DNA from: Bacilli bacterium
Lineage (GTDB): Bacteria; Bacillota_I; Bacilli_A; ML615J-28; CAG-313
DNA length: 64,000 nucleotides
Direction: 5' to 3'
NCBI GenBank assembly: GCA_017409905.1
Contig: JAFQRV010000034.1
Coordinates: forward strand, 8,277-72,276
The position numbers were made by a program, and so were the translations under genes. Position 1 is the first letter of the stretch; every line of letters begins with the position of its first letter. The notes under the pieces are model-generated. The model did not search any database and was not told the DNA's origin. It was given only the letters and a program-made list of their open reading frames with translations. Of the stretch, positions 46,737-58,053 are shown piece after piece.

Positions 46737-47082
46737 TTATATCACCTCTTAATATAATTGGAATATATTTTGTATTTAATTTCATTTTCATAATTATAAT
46801 TTTAGGTTCGATAATTTTTTCTTCTAATATTTTTTTAATATTATTATAAAATAATATAGGTATAAAGGTATAATTATGTTTGACATAATTTTCAAATTTT
46901 TTATTTTCATATTTACCTTTTTTTTAAATATTTTTAATTAAATGTAAACAGTTATTTGAAAATAAATTATATTTTCCCTTCATATAATTGTCAATTGCTT
47001 CATTGTAAGTTGTTTTAAAGTTTTCAAACCTACCATTGATTGTTAGTTTATAAAACCAATTTCCATTATTTTTACCACAATA
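46714..47082 (-). pseudogene. Start-less gene relic with a papain-like/permuted NlpC-P60 Cys motif (toxin C-terminus-like)
   Basis: One frame of ~122 codons with a single internal TAA (46926-46924): YCGKNNGNWFYKLTINGRFENF..KYNLFSNNCLHLIKNI*KKGKY..FIPILFY..KYIPIILRGDINEENNVY*. Overlaps the start of lipoprotein 3. Confidence 0.6.
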
Positions 47083-47092
47083 TTATAAGTTT

Positions 47093-47127
47093 AAAAACAA
47101 AAAACTCTCTTTTTCTAAGAGAGTTTT
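47093..47127 (-). terminator. Intrinsic terminator
   Basis: 11-bp stem AAAACTCTCTT / AAGAGAGTTTT with a U-tract on the minus strand. Confidence 0.75.
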
Positions 47128-47197
47128 AATTATACTTTTTTGTTCATGCATAAGTTAACTTGAAAAACTATCTTAGAGCATGAGATATATCCCACAC
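47095..47197 (-). ncRNA. Candidate ~100-nt small RNA between a promoter and a terminator
   Basis: TTGACA (47231-47226), 18-bp spacer ending TGa, TAAACT (47207-47202); internal stems GTGTGGGAT/ATCTCATGC and TCATGC..GCATGA; no ORF with an RBS. Confidence 0.4.
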
Positions 47198-47235
47198 TAA
47201 TAGTTTATCATTTTTTAAACTGTATTGTCAACATC

Positions 47236-48480
47236 TTATTCTGCAAAACTAATACTATCCGCAATTGTTTGTATTAGTTCTTGTATTTCTAATTCAATTT
47301 CTTCATATCTAAATGTATTACTTGATGCAGGTCTTTTAGTAAGTGTTGAATAATGCATGCAAGCAGATAAATAAGCACCATATACTGATTGATGATTCAT
47401 ATCATCATATAAGCTTGGTAATGTATTATCAAATAATTCATATGCTTTAAATGCTTCACCACTTCTAGTTATTTTAGCATTTACCATTTTACCAACTATG
47501 TCATATGCATCCACAATTCTTTGGGTCATTTCATATTTAGTTAGACCATTCCATCTTTCAACATTATAGGCCCATGTTTGATATAAGATCAATTGAACAT
47601 CACGATCTTCGACTAATTTAGCATAATCTTTTACTGCTGTTTCAAATAAATCATAACCATTAATTGTTCCACTACTATTTTCTTGAAGAATAATATGCGT
47701 GAAATCATATTTTTCAATATTAGCTTTAAACTTTAGTTCATGTTCATATAATTTACTTCCACCAGGAGTATCTTGAATATATGCACAATACGCACCATCA
47801 CTTGTAATCATATTTTGGATGATTGCTGGAATGTCATGCTTATAAGTTAAGCTATTACCAACAAATAATATTTCATATGTTTCAACATCAGGATTTATTT
47901 GAATATCGAAAACTTGATTAACACGGATATTTTTTTGTTCACTATAAACACTTAAAATTGTTTTACCAGTATGTTTAAACATGATTTCCATTGTTTCTTT
48001 ATTTAAAATAAAGTCAGGATTATCAATAATTGTATATTGATCATTAACATAATGATTTGGTAAACATTCAATATTTAACTTATATACTTTTCCCATATAG
48101 TATGGTTCATTAGTATCAAGTGTAACATTAAATCCATTAATTGCTTGAAACTCATCATTTTCTTTTACTTGAATTTTAATTTCTTTTCGGTAACCATACT
48201 TATTAGTAATTAATATTTTCACATCGCCAATGCCATGTGAGGTCATAAGATATTCAGTTTCATTAATCTTTTCTAAAGATAAAACAACTGAATTTAAGCT
48301 TTTTACTGTTACTTCATCATTTTCATAATAGGATTTAACTTTCAAACTTCCAGTTTGTGTATAATAAACAATTTCATCATATTCTATTTCAATAGTATCT
48401 TTTGGAGTTTGATTTATATCACAACCAAAACAAAGAAATGAAAAAACAGTTAATAAAATAATTGTTATAATCTTTTTCAT
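47236..48480 (-). CDS. Lipoprotein with a C-terminal SGNH/GDSL hydrolase domain
   Basis: Lipobox CFGC; ILFVGNSLT, ILQENS, YQTWAY, DDMNHQSVYGAYLSAC. Confidence 0.85.
   Translation of the reverse strand: MKKIITIILLTVFSFLCFGCDINQTPKDTIEIEYDEIVYYTQTGSLKVKSYYENDEVTVKSLNSVVLSLEKINETEYLMTSHGIGDVKILITNKYGYRKEIKIQVKENDEFQAINGFNVTLDTNEPYYMGKVYKLNIECLPNHYVNDQYTIIDNPDFILNKETMEIMFKHTGKTILSVYSEQKNIRVNQVFDIQINPDVETYEILFVGNSLTYKHDIPAIIQNMITSDGAYCAYIQDTPGGSKLYEHELKFKANIEKYDFTHIILQENSSGTINGYDLFETAVKDYAKLVEDRDVQLILYQTWAYNVERWNGLTKYEMTQRIVDAYDIVGKMVNAKITRSGEAFKAYELFDNTLPSLYDDMNHQSVYGAYLSACMHYSTLTKRPASSNTFRYEEIELEIQELIQTIADSISFAE
48326..48401. repeat. Direct repeat B, copy 2 (inside the SGNH lipoprotein gene)
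   Basis: 76/76 nt identical to 44884-44959. Confidence 0.95.
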
Positions 48481-48487
48481 ATTAACC

Positions 48488-50488
<2,001 letters not shown>

Positions 50489-52561
50489 TTATTTTTTTCT
50501 AAGTGATGGATGATTTCTTAAAATCTTTCTCAATGAATGATCTTTTTCAAATAATACTTGAAGAATCGATGCATTCTCTGATACAACAATACCTTCACCA
50601 AAATTAACATGTACTACTTTATCTCCTGTTTTGATTGGAGTATTATCTTCTGCTTCTTTTTCCATTTCAAGATGTTCTTTCCAATCTTGTGAAGCAATAT
50701 ATTCCGTAATAAAACGTGATTTTTGGTTTAACACAACACGCCCATATATTAATCTTCTGTTTACACATGTTAAATATACTTTTTCTTTTGCTCTAGTAAA
50801 CGCAACATAAGCAATTCTTCTTTCCTCTTCAATATCAGAATCTTCTTTTAATGAAGGGAATAAACCTTCTTCTAATGCGACTACAAATACAACTTTAAAT
50901 TCTAAACCTTTTACAGAGTGAACAGTTGATAATACTACACCATTAACATCTTGTTTAGTACCTAGTGTTTCATCTAATATTACATCATCAAAACCAACTA
51001 ATAGTTTTTCTTTTGAACTTAATTCTTGTAAATCAGTTCTAGTTTCTAATTGCATCAAAATTGATTTAAATTCATTAATATTATCAATTCTGTGAGATTC
51101 TTCATCTTCAGCTTCTTCTTCTTTTAAGAATTCTAAATATTTTGTTTCTTGTAACATATATTCATAAAATTCAGGCAAAGACATTTGATCAAACTTATCA
51201 GCTAATTCTTTTATTAATGTTTTAAACTTAATTAAAGCCTCAGTTTTACTAGATGGTGTAATCTCATGAAGTCTTTCAATTGCTTCAAATAAAGTAATGT
51301 TTTCAGTATTTTTTAATTCTAATAATTTTTCAATGGTTTTATCACCAATACCTCTAGAAGGTAAATTAATGATTCTTTTGAAATGAAAGATGTTTTCACT
51401 ATCTATAATAAATTTTAAATAACTAATCACATCTTTAATTTCTCTTCTTTTTAAGAAAGCAAATCCACCATAAATTAAATATGGTATACCATTTTCGATT
51501 AATGCCATTTCAATATTTCTTGAAATTACATTTGTTCGGTATAAGATTGCGATATCTTTATAACTATATCCACGTCTAACTAAGTTCTTAATTTCATCAA
51601 TGATAAATCGCGGTTCATCTTCATAATAATATGCATCATGAATTACAACATCTTGTAACTTACCCTCTTTTTCGCTAAATAACTCTTTCTTTTCTCTTTT
51701 TAAATTATGTGAAATTAAGTTATTAGCTCCCTTAAGAATAGCATTAGTCGAACGATAGTTTTGTGTAAGCTTAAATAATTTTGCATCAAAATCCTTCTGG
51801 AATTGATACATGTTAGTAACACATGCTCCTCTAAATGAATAAATACTTTGGTCATCATCACCAACGACAAAGATGTTTTGTGTTTTTTGTCCTAATAATT
51901 TAATAATATTATATTGAACAATATTAGTATCTTGAAATTCATCAACTAATATATATTGATATTTATTTTGGAAATATTCAAGAACATCAGGATATTCAGT
52001 TAGTATTTTATTTGTTAATACTAATAAATCATCAAAGTCTACTTGATTATTATCTTTTAAACGTTTTTGATAATGATCATATATTTGTTTAGGAACACCA
52101 TTAATTTCACCAATACCATTTTTATATGCAGAAATAATGTTATAAGCAGCTTTTGGTGAAAAATATTTTCTTGATAAGTCTAATTCTTTATATAATTCAC
52201 TAATTAATTTATTTGCATCTTCATCATCAATAATTTCAAAATTCTTTTCATAACCTATTTTTGTTATTGTTTGACGAAGGATTCTAGCACATAAAGAATG
52301 AATTGTTGAGATAGTTACATATTTAGCATCATTTCCACACATACCAACTACTCTATCCCTCATTTCATTAGTTGCTTTTTTTGTGAAAGTGATTGCTAAA
52401 ATATTTCGTGGGTTAATCCCTTTTTCTTGGATCATATAAGCGATTCTTGAAGTTAAGGTTTTTGTTTTTCCAGTACCCGCACCCGCAAATACAATTACTG
52501 GACCTTCAACTTGCATTACCGCATTCTTCTGTTGTTCGTTTAAGTTCTCTAGAATACTCAT
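50489..52561 (-). CDS. pcrA: ATP-dependent DNA helicase PcrA/UvrD
   Basis: AGAGTGKT, VDEFQDTN, VGDDDQSIYSFRG, NYRST, EEERRIAYVAFTRA; adjacent to ligA. Confidence 0.95.
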   Translation of the reverse strand: MSILENLNEQQKNAVMQVEGPVIVFAGAGTGKTKTLTSRIAYMIQEKGINPRNILAITFTKKATNEMRDRVVGMCGNDAKYVTISTIHSLCARILRQTITKIGYEKNFEIIDDEDANKLISELYKELDLSRKYFSPKAAYNIISAYKNGIGEINGVPKQIYDHYQKRLKDNNQVDFDDLLVLTNKILTEYPDVLEYFQNKYQYILVDEFQDTNIVQYNIIKLLGQKTQNIFVVGDDDQSIYSFRGACVTNMYQFQKDFDAKLFKLTQNYRSTNAILKGANNLISHNLKREKKELFSEKEGKLQDVVIHDAYYYEDEPRFIIDEIKNLVRRGYSYKDIAILYRTNVISRNIEMALIENGIPYLIYGGFAFLKRREIKDVISYLKFIIDSENIFHFKRIINLPSRGIGDKTIEKLLELKNTENITLFEAIERLHEITPSSKTEALIKFKTLIKELADKFDQMSLPEFYEYMLQETKYLEFLKEEEAEDEESHRIDNINEFKSILMQLETRTDLQELSSKEKLLVGFDDVILDETLGTKQDVNGVVLSTVHSVKGLEFKVVFVVALEEGLFPSLKEDSDIEEERRIAYVAFTRAKEKVYLTCVNRRLIYGRVVLNQKSRFITEYIASQDWKEHLEMEKEAEDNTPIKTGDKVVHVNFGEGIVVSENASILQVLFEKDHSLRKILRNHPSLRKK

Positions 52562-52563
52562 GA

Positions 52564-54207
52564 CTACTTACCAAATGATGATTTTAAACTAACTGTTTGG
52601 TTAAAGACTAATTTTTCTTTACTAGAATCATAGTCAGTTACATAATAACCACATCTTACAAATTGATAATGGTCTAATGGTTTAGTATCAATTAAACTTC
52701 TTTCTACAAAACCATTTAATTTAACCCATGAGTTAGGATTCATTCTTTCTTTAAAATTATCACTTGATACTTTAGCATCTAACATAAGCGGTTCAAAGAT
52801 ATTAAATTGTGCAGGAACTGCTGTTGCTGCATCAACAAAATGAATTGTACCATTTGGTTTTCTTTCGTTAAATCCTGTACCACTCTTAGTAGCTGGATCA
52901 TATGTACAATGTAATTCTTTAATGCTGCCGTCTTCATTATAAATTACTTCTTCACATTTAATAAAGTAAGCATGCATTAAACGTACTTCTAAACCAACTG
53001 ATAATCTCTTCCAATGTTTGTTTGGTTTTTCTTCAATAAAATCTTCTTGATCAATATAAATATTTCTAGAGAAAGTAAGTGTTCTACTTCCTAATTCTTC
53101 ATTTTCATTATTATTTAAAGCTGTTAATTCTTCAACTTTACCTTCTGGATAGTTAGTAATAACAACTTTTAATGGATGTAATACAGCCATTGGTCTTGAG
53201 GCTTTTAATTTTAAATCATCTCTTACAAAATGTTCTAACATTTCATAATCAACTGTTGAATTAATTTTTGAAAGTCCTGTTGATAAAATAAATTCTTTAA
53301 TTGAATTAGGTGTAAATCCTCTTCTTTTTAAACCAACTAATGTAGGCATACGTGGATCATCATAACCTGTTACTAAATTTTCATCAACTAATTGTTTTAA
53401 GTAACGTTTACTCATAATCATATTTGTAATACCTAAACGTCCAAATTCAATTTGACGTGGTTTATGTTCTACTTCACAATTATTAATTACCCAATCATAT
53501 AGTGGACGATGATCTTCGTATTCTAAACTACATAAAGAATGTGTAATACCTTCAAATGAATCTTGTAGTGGATGTGCAAAATCATACATTGGATAAATAC
53601 ACCATTTATCACCTGTTTGGTGATGATTGATATGGATAATACGATAGATTACTGGATCACGCATATTAATATTAGGTGATGCCATATCAATTTTTGCACG
53701 TAAAGTTTTTGAACCATTTGGATATTTACCATCACGCATTTCTTCAAATAACTTTAAATTTTCTTCAATTGAACGGTTGCGGTAAGGTGAGTCTTTTCCT
53801 GGTGTTTTATCATCACCACGATACTCACTAATTTCTTCTTGTGTTAAATCACAAACAAAAGCTAAACCTTTTTTGATTAAAAGAATTGCTTTTTCGTATG
53901 TTTTTTCAAAATAACTAGAACCATAAACAACAATTCTTGGAGTATATCCTAACCATTCTAAATCTTTTCTAATAGCATCAACATATTCTGCATCTTCTTT
54001 TACTGGATTAGTATCGTCAAAACGAAGATTAGTTTCACCATTAAAATGTTTTGCAAGTTCAAAGTTAGTTACTATTGCTCTTGCATGACCTATATGTAAA
54101 TAAGCATTAGGTTCTGGTGGAAATCTTGTTAAAATATGATCAACAACTCCTGTTTCTAGTTCTTTTTGCATTATTGTTTTTATAAAATTTGATGTTTCGT
54201 TCATCAT
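52564..54207 (-). CDS. glnS: Glutamine--tRNA ligase
   Basis: [45 protein letters not shown]; likely start ATG 54207. Confidence 0.95.
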   Translation of the reverse strand: MMNETSNFIKTIMQKELETGVVDHILTRFPPEPNAYLHIGHARAIVTNFELAKHFNGETNLRFDDTNPVKEDAEYVDAIRKDLEWLGYTPRIVVYGSSYFEKTYEKAILLIKKGLAFVCDLTQEEISEYRGDDKTPGKDSPYRNRSIEENLKLFEEMRDGKYPNGSKTLRAKIDMASPNINMRDPVIYRIIHINHHQTGDKWCIYPMYDFAHPLQDSFEGITHSLCSLEYEDHRPLYDWVINNCEVEHKPRQIEFGRLGITNMIMSKRYLKQLVDENLVTGYDDPRMPTLVGLKRRGFTPNSIKEFILSTGLSKINSTVDYEMLEHFVRDDLKLKASRPMAVLHPLKVVITNYPEGKVEELTALNNNENEELGSRTLTFSRNIYIDQEDFIEEKPNKHWKRLSVGLEVRLMHAYFIKCEEVIYNEDGSIKELHCTYDPATKSGTGFNERKPNGTIHFVDAATAVPAQFNIFEPLMLDAKVSSDNFKERMNPNSWVKLNGFVERSLIDTKPLDHYQFVRCGYYVTDYDSSKEKLVFNQTVSLKSSFGK

Positions 54208-54224
54208 AATATATTCCCTCACTA

Positions 54225-54872
54225 TTAACTAATTTTCTTTAAATTTTTAGCGTTTGCATATTTTGTATAATATGTAATTAATTTTTGTTCATCTTCTTTT
54301 AAATCTTTTTTACTGAAGCATATAATCATAACTAATATTTTTTTAGTTTCTTCAGTAACTGATGTTCTTAAAGTATCACTTGTTGGTGAACCAAAGATAC
54401 CAGACTCATCAACATAAACAATTAAGTTTTCCGCATTTATATCACTTCGATTAATTGCGTTAACTACTTCGTTTTCTTTACCAATTCGAATTTCGATGTC
54501 ATTATTAATTTTTTCTAAATCTACTACGCAAACACTTCTTAATACTTCAACTGATAATATATTACCTAAATCAATTAAATCACCAAGTGTATATAAACTA
54601 GCTTCATTAGTTCGATGTTTAATTACTCTACGAACTAATGCTTCTACTGCGCATCTAGTATGACTTGGATCTTTTTTTAATTTTTTATATCCATCTCTTG
54701 TTTCTTTAATTTTCCAATTTGATGTTACTTCATTAATTGAAAATGGTACATCTAAATTTTCTAATAATTGTTGTACAACTTCCGTTTTATTATTCTCTAC
54801 ATCCATTGTATAAGCAATTACAGAAAACTCTGGTAATAACTGCTGTAATTCTTGATTAATCGTAATTTTCAT
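54225..54872 (-). CDS. Stand-alone B3/B4 (PheT editing-like) domain protein
   Basis: [41 protein letters not shown]. Confidence 0.82.
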   Translation of the reverse strand: MKITINQELQQLLPEFSVIAYTMDVENNKTEVVQQLLENLDVPFSINEVTSNWKIKETRDGYKKLKKDPSHTRCAVEALVRRVIKHRTNEASLYTLGDLIDLGNILSVEVLRSVCVVDLEKINNDIEIRIGKENEVVNAINRSDINAENLIVYVDESGIFGSPTSDTLRTSVTEETKKILVMIICFSKKDLKEDEQKLITYYTKYANAKNLKKIS

Positions 54873-56385
54873 TTAGTAATTCCTCTATCTGCATTATAAC
54901 ATTTTGATAATCAACTAATTGATTATTTAATCGCTGTGAATCATCAATAAAACCATTAATTTTATCTTCTAATTTTAGCATCATTTCTTTTAACTGAGGA
55001 ATCTTTTCTTCGAAATACTGACCTTCATCAAGTAATTCTTTAATTTTACCATTATCATTTTGACTTAAGAATTCTTCATAATCTTTTTTAATTCCATCAT
55101 ATTTATTAATTAACTGATTTAAAGTTAATTCTTCTTGATGAATTTGATTATCAATATTTCTTATTTTTTCAACTTCTGGTTCAAATAACATAAATGTTCT
55201 GTCTTCTTTTAAACCTTCTAAAACCTTTTGTTGTTGTTTGATAGCATTCATTCCATCTTTTAGTTCTTTTCTAAACTGATCATCGAAACGAATAAATTGT
55301 TGATGTTTAAATCCCGCAATATTATCCTTAATATCTAAAACATGATTATCTAATTCTTTGATTGTTGTTTGAATTATTAAATATGCTTCTTGATATCTTT
55401 TTATTTTCACATCAAGATGTTCTTTTTGTTCTTTAATCACATCTAATCTTTTCTTTTCTTCTTTTAAATCTTTTAAACGTTTATTACGCTGATATTCTAA
55501 ATTAGTTTTTGTATCTAAACATAATAAACGAGATTTAAATTTAATAAATAAAGCATCATACTCTTCTACTTGTTCAGATGCTGGTTTACTAACTAAATAA
55601 TTTTTACTATAAAGCTCAGTAAACTCTTTTAACTGCTTAGTTGAAGTAGTACTATATATATCTTTTATTTCTTTTAAATAATTCTGTTTATGTTCAAGTC
55701 GTAATTCTAAATCATGTTTAACACTTTCTTGATGTTCAACAGAAATATCTAAAATATAATTTTCATATCTTTCTTTTTCTTTTAATAAACTATCTAACTG
55801 TTTTCTAATTTCTGCAACCTTATCGTTTAGTTTATCTTCTAGTCTTCTGTTTTCTAATTCATTTTGTTTAATCTTAACCGATAAGTCATAACATTTACTA
55901 TGCATTAATTTAGTTAAATGATTAATTGCTTCAATTAATTCACCATTAGTTATTAATCCATCATAGTATTGTTTTAAAGTATTAAACCAAGGCTGAACTA
56001 GCATTAAATGTTCTTTACATAACTCTACAGTTTCATTTTGAATTTTATAACAAACTGTTTCGCTAGTAAATCTTTGTTCTTCCATTTTACCGTAACATTC
56101 ATAAATACGTGCTTCAACATCACTAATTTTCTGTTTAGTGATTTCATTAGCCTGAAGTGTATCATCAATTCTTGATACAGATTCATTTAGTTTTTCAATT
56201 TCTAAATCAATCTTTTTCATTTCTTCATCAATTTCATTAACTCTATTAGTTAAGATTTCCTGATACATTTCCTGATATTTACTTAAGTAAAATTCTTTTA
56301 AATCGTTATGAGTAGGCTGTTCTTTAATTTTCTCAATAGCTTCATTTTGTTCTGTTAACATTTTAGCTAATTCATCTTTATTCAT
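54856..56385 (-). CDS. Long coiled-coil protein of unknown function
   Basis: 509 aa, E/K/Q/L-rich heptad pattern; no TM segment or Walker motif seen. Confidence 0.75.
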   Translation of the reverse strand: MNKDELAKMLTEQNEAIEKIKEQPTHNDLKEFYLSKYQEMYQEILTNRVNEIDEEMKKIDLEIEKLNESVSRIDDTLQANEITKQKISDVEARIYECYGKMEEQRFTSETVCYKIQNETVELCKEHLMLVQPWFNTLKQYYDGLITNGELIEAINHLTKLMHSKCYDLSVKIKQNELENRRLEDKLNDKVAEIRKQLDSLLKEKERYENYILDISVEHQESVKHDLELRLEHKQNYLKEIKDIYSTTSTKQLKEFTELYSKNYLVSKPASEQVEEYDALFIKFKSRLLCLDTKTNLEYQRNKRLKDLKEEKKRLDVIKEQKEHLDVKIKRYQEAYLIIQTTIKELDNHVLDIKDNIAGFKHQQFIRFDDQFRKELKDGMNAIKQQQKVLEGLKEDRTFMLFEPEVEKIRNIDNQIHQEELTLNQLINKYDGIKKDYEEFLSQNDNGKIKELLDEGQYFEEKIPQLKEMMLKLEDKINGFIDDSQRLNNQLVDYQNVIMQIEELLNENYD

Positions 56386-56395
56386 AACTTACCTC

Positions 56396-57874
56396 CTATA
56401 ATAGATTATCGATTGAATAATCACTTTCTTCTTGATTAATTATTACTGCAGTTGTATTTAATAACATTACCACATTACTAATACTAACTTTTAATATTTC
56501 TTTAATTGTTTTGGTTGCATCATATATATTAAACTGATTAATATTAACAACTTCTTTTTTTATTGGATCATACCAATTATATTCATTTAACTGATTTAAG
56601 ATCTTTTCAACATCTTCATTATTGTTTTTTAATAGTTGAATAATTGGCATCATTAGAGCTTCTTTTAAAATATTAATATATATATTATCTAACTTATTAG
56701 CTAACTTATAATATATATATCCACCACCAATTACAATACCATCTGTTAATGCATTATAACCAGTTTTAATTGTATCTTCATATTTTAATAATTTATATTG
56801 TTGTTCTTCTAAAGTGTTACCACCAACATAAATTGAAACAAAACCATTTGTTAGTTTCGCAAGACGGTTTTTAATTTGTTTTCTTTTAACAAGACTAGTT
56901 GTTTCTTTTAACTCATCTTTTAATTTATCAATCAAAATAGAACTAGTTAAGTTAAATACTAATTTATCTTTATCAAGTATTAGTTTAACTTTATCACTTA
57001 AATAATTAGTATCAATCAACTCTTTATAACAAACTTTAATATTTAATAAATAACTTAAGTCTTCAAAAATACTATTTATTTCACTAATTGATTGATTAAT
57101 AATAAATATTCTTGCTGAACCATTTTTTTCATTATAAAGTTTAAAGAAATTAATAACTTCATTTGAAGCATCTTTTACTAAAAAGATGATTTTTTTATCC
57201 TCTTTTAAAACTTTATTAAAACAACTAATACTATCAATATAATCATTTAGTAATAATACTTGATAATCGTTTAATATTATTTTGTTATATTTGGATTTTA
57301 ATAATATAAAATAACCATTATTTTGTTCTATATAATCTATTCCATTTGTTTCTTTTAAAAGAATTATTCCCTCTTCTTTTACTAATCCATAAGCATTTTT
57401 AACATTATTAATAATATTTTGTTCTTTTGTTGATGTGATTAATACTTGTTCAATATTATTTATTGTAATACTCTTAGAATACTTATCAATTTCATTAAGT
57501 AAGATTTCTAAACTATTATTTAAATATTCAATAATACTTACAACACTAATATTTTCTTTAATTTTTTCAATTCCTTTTTTTAAAATCTCACTAAAAATAA
57601 TTATTGAAGATGTTGTTCCATCTCCAACATTATCATTAATTCTTCTTACAATACTTTTACAAATATTAATACCAATTCTTTCATAATAATTATCTGATGT
57701 TATATTATTAATAATTGTGTATCCATCATTAATTATTAAATTATTGTATTTTTTTCCAATTAAGACATTTTTACCATTTGGTCCTAATGTTTTAACAATA
57801 GTCTTTTTGACTTTATCAATTCCTTGATATATTAAATCTATTGCTTGTTCATCATACAATATATTATTATTCAA
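56396..57874 (-). CDS. Highly divergent GroEL/Cpn60-family chaperonin-like protein
   Basis: TLGPNGKNV, INDGYTI, VGDGTTS, RLAKLTNG, GIVIGGG; 492 aa with eroded apical region and no GGM tail; TTG start. Confidence 0.8.
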   Translation of the reverse strand: MNNNILYDEQAIDLIYQGIDKVKKTIVKTLGPNGKNVLIGKKYNNLIINDGYTIINNITSDNYYERIGINICKSIVRRINDNVGDGTTSSIIIFSEILKKGIEKIKENISVVSIIEYLNNSLEILLNEIDKYSKSITINNIEQVLITSTKEQNIINNVKNAYGLVKEEGIILLKETNGIDYIEQNNGYFILLKSKYNKIILNDYQVLLLNDYIDSISCFNKVLKEDKKIIFLVKDASNEVINFFKLYNEKNGSARIFIINQSISEINSIFEDLSYLLNIKVCYKELIDTNYLSDKVKLILDKDKLVFNLTSSILIDKLKDELKETTSLVKRKQIKNRLAKLTNGFVSIYVGGNTLEEQQYKLLKYEDTIKTGYNALTDGIVIGGGYIYYKLANKLDNIYINILKEALMMPIIQLLKNNNEDVEKILNQLNEYNWYDPIKKEVVNINQFNIYDATKTIKEILKVSISNVVMLLNTTAVIINQEESDYSIDNLL

Positions 57875-57911
57875 ATATAATCCCCATTTCTTTTAATTGT
57901 ATGAATACCAT
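57867..57911 (-). CDS. Putative 14-aa leader micro-ORF (MVFIQLKEMGIIFE) overlapping the chaperonin start
   Basis: RBS AAGGGGGG 8 nt upstream of ATG 57911; stop overlaps the first codons of the chaperonin-like gene. Confidence 0.45.
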   Translation of the reverse strand: MVFIQLKEMGIIFE

Positions 57912-57935
57912 TTTTTATTCCCCCCTTATTAAATT

Positions 57936-57964
57936 ATTATAGCATAAGTTATGATATTTTTCAA
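57936..57964 (-). promoter_or_regulatory. Sigma-A promoter with extended -10, upstream of the chaperonin-like operon
   Basis: TTGAAA (57964-57959), 17-bp spacer ending TGc, TATAAT (57941-57936); no CIRCE element seen. Confidence 0.72.
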
Positions 57965-58020
57965 CTATAAGATAATTTTTTATATTACATTATATTTTTT
58001 AGAAATATTAGTTTATGAAT

Positions 58021-58053
58021 AAAAAATAAAAGCTACAAGATTAACTTGCAGCT
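58021..58053 (-). terminator. Probable terminator after the YwaF-family gene
   Basis: AGCTACAAG / CTTGCAGCT hairpin with an A-tract on its left. Confidence 0.6.

Noticed and set aside
44884-48401. 76-bp repeat pair as template and variable repeats of a diversity-generating retroelement
   Set aside because: The copies are identical with no adenine-specific changes, the genic copy is near the N-terminus, and no reverse transcriptase is in the window.
54856-56385. Coiled-coil protein as SMC or EzrA
   Set aside because: No Walker A/B or hinge motifs and no N-terminal TM helix.
57867-57911. Micro-ORF as a recognisable groES remnant
   Set aside because: Only a vague hydrophobic pattern resembles the GroES C-terminal strand; 14 aa is too short to claim homology.
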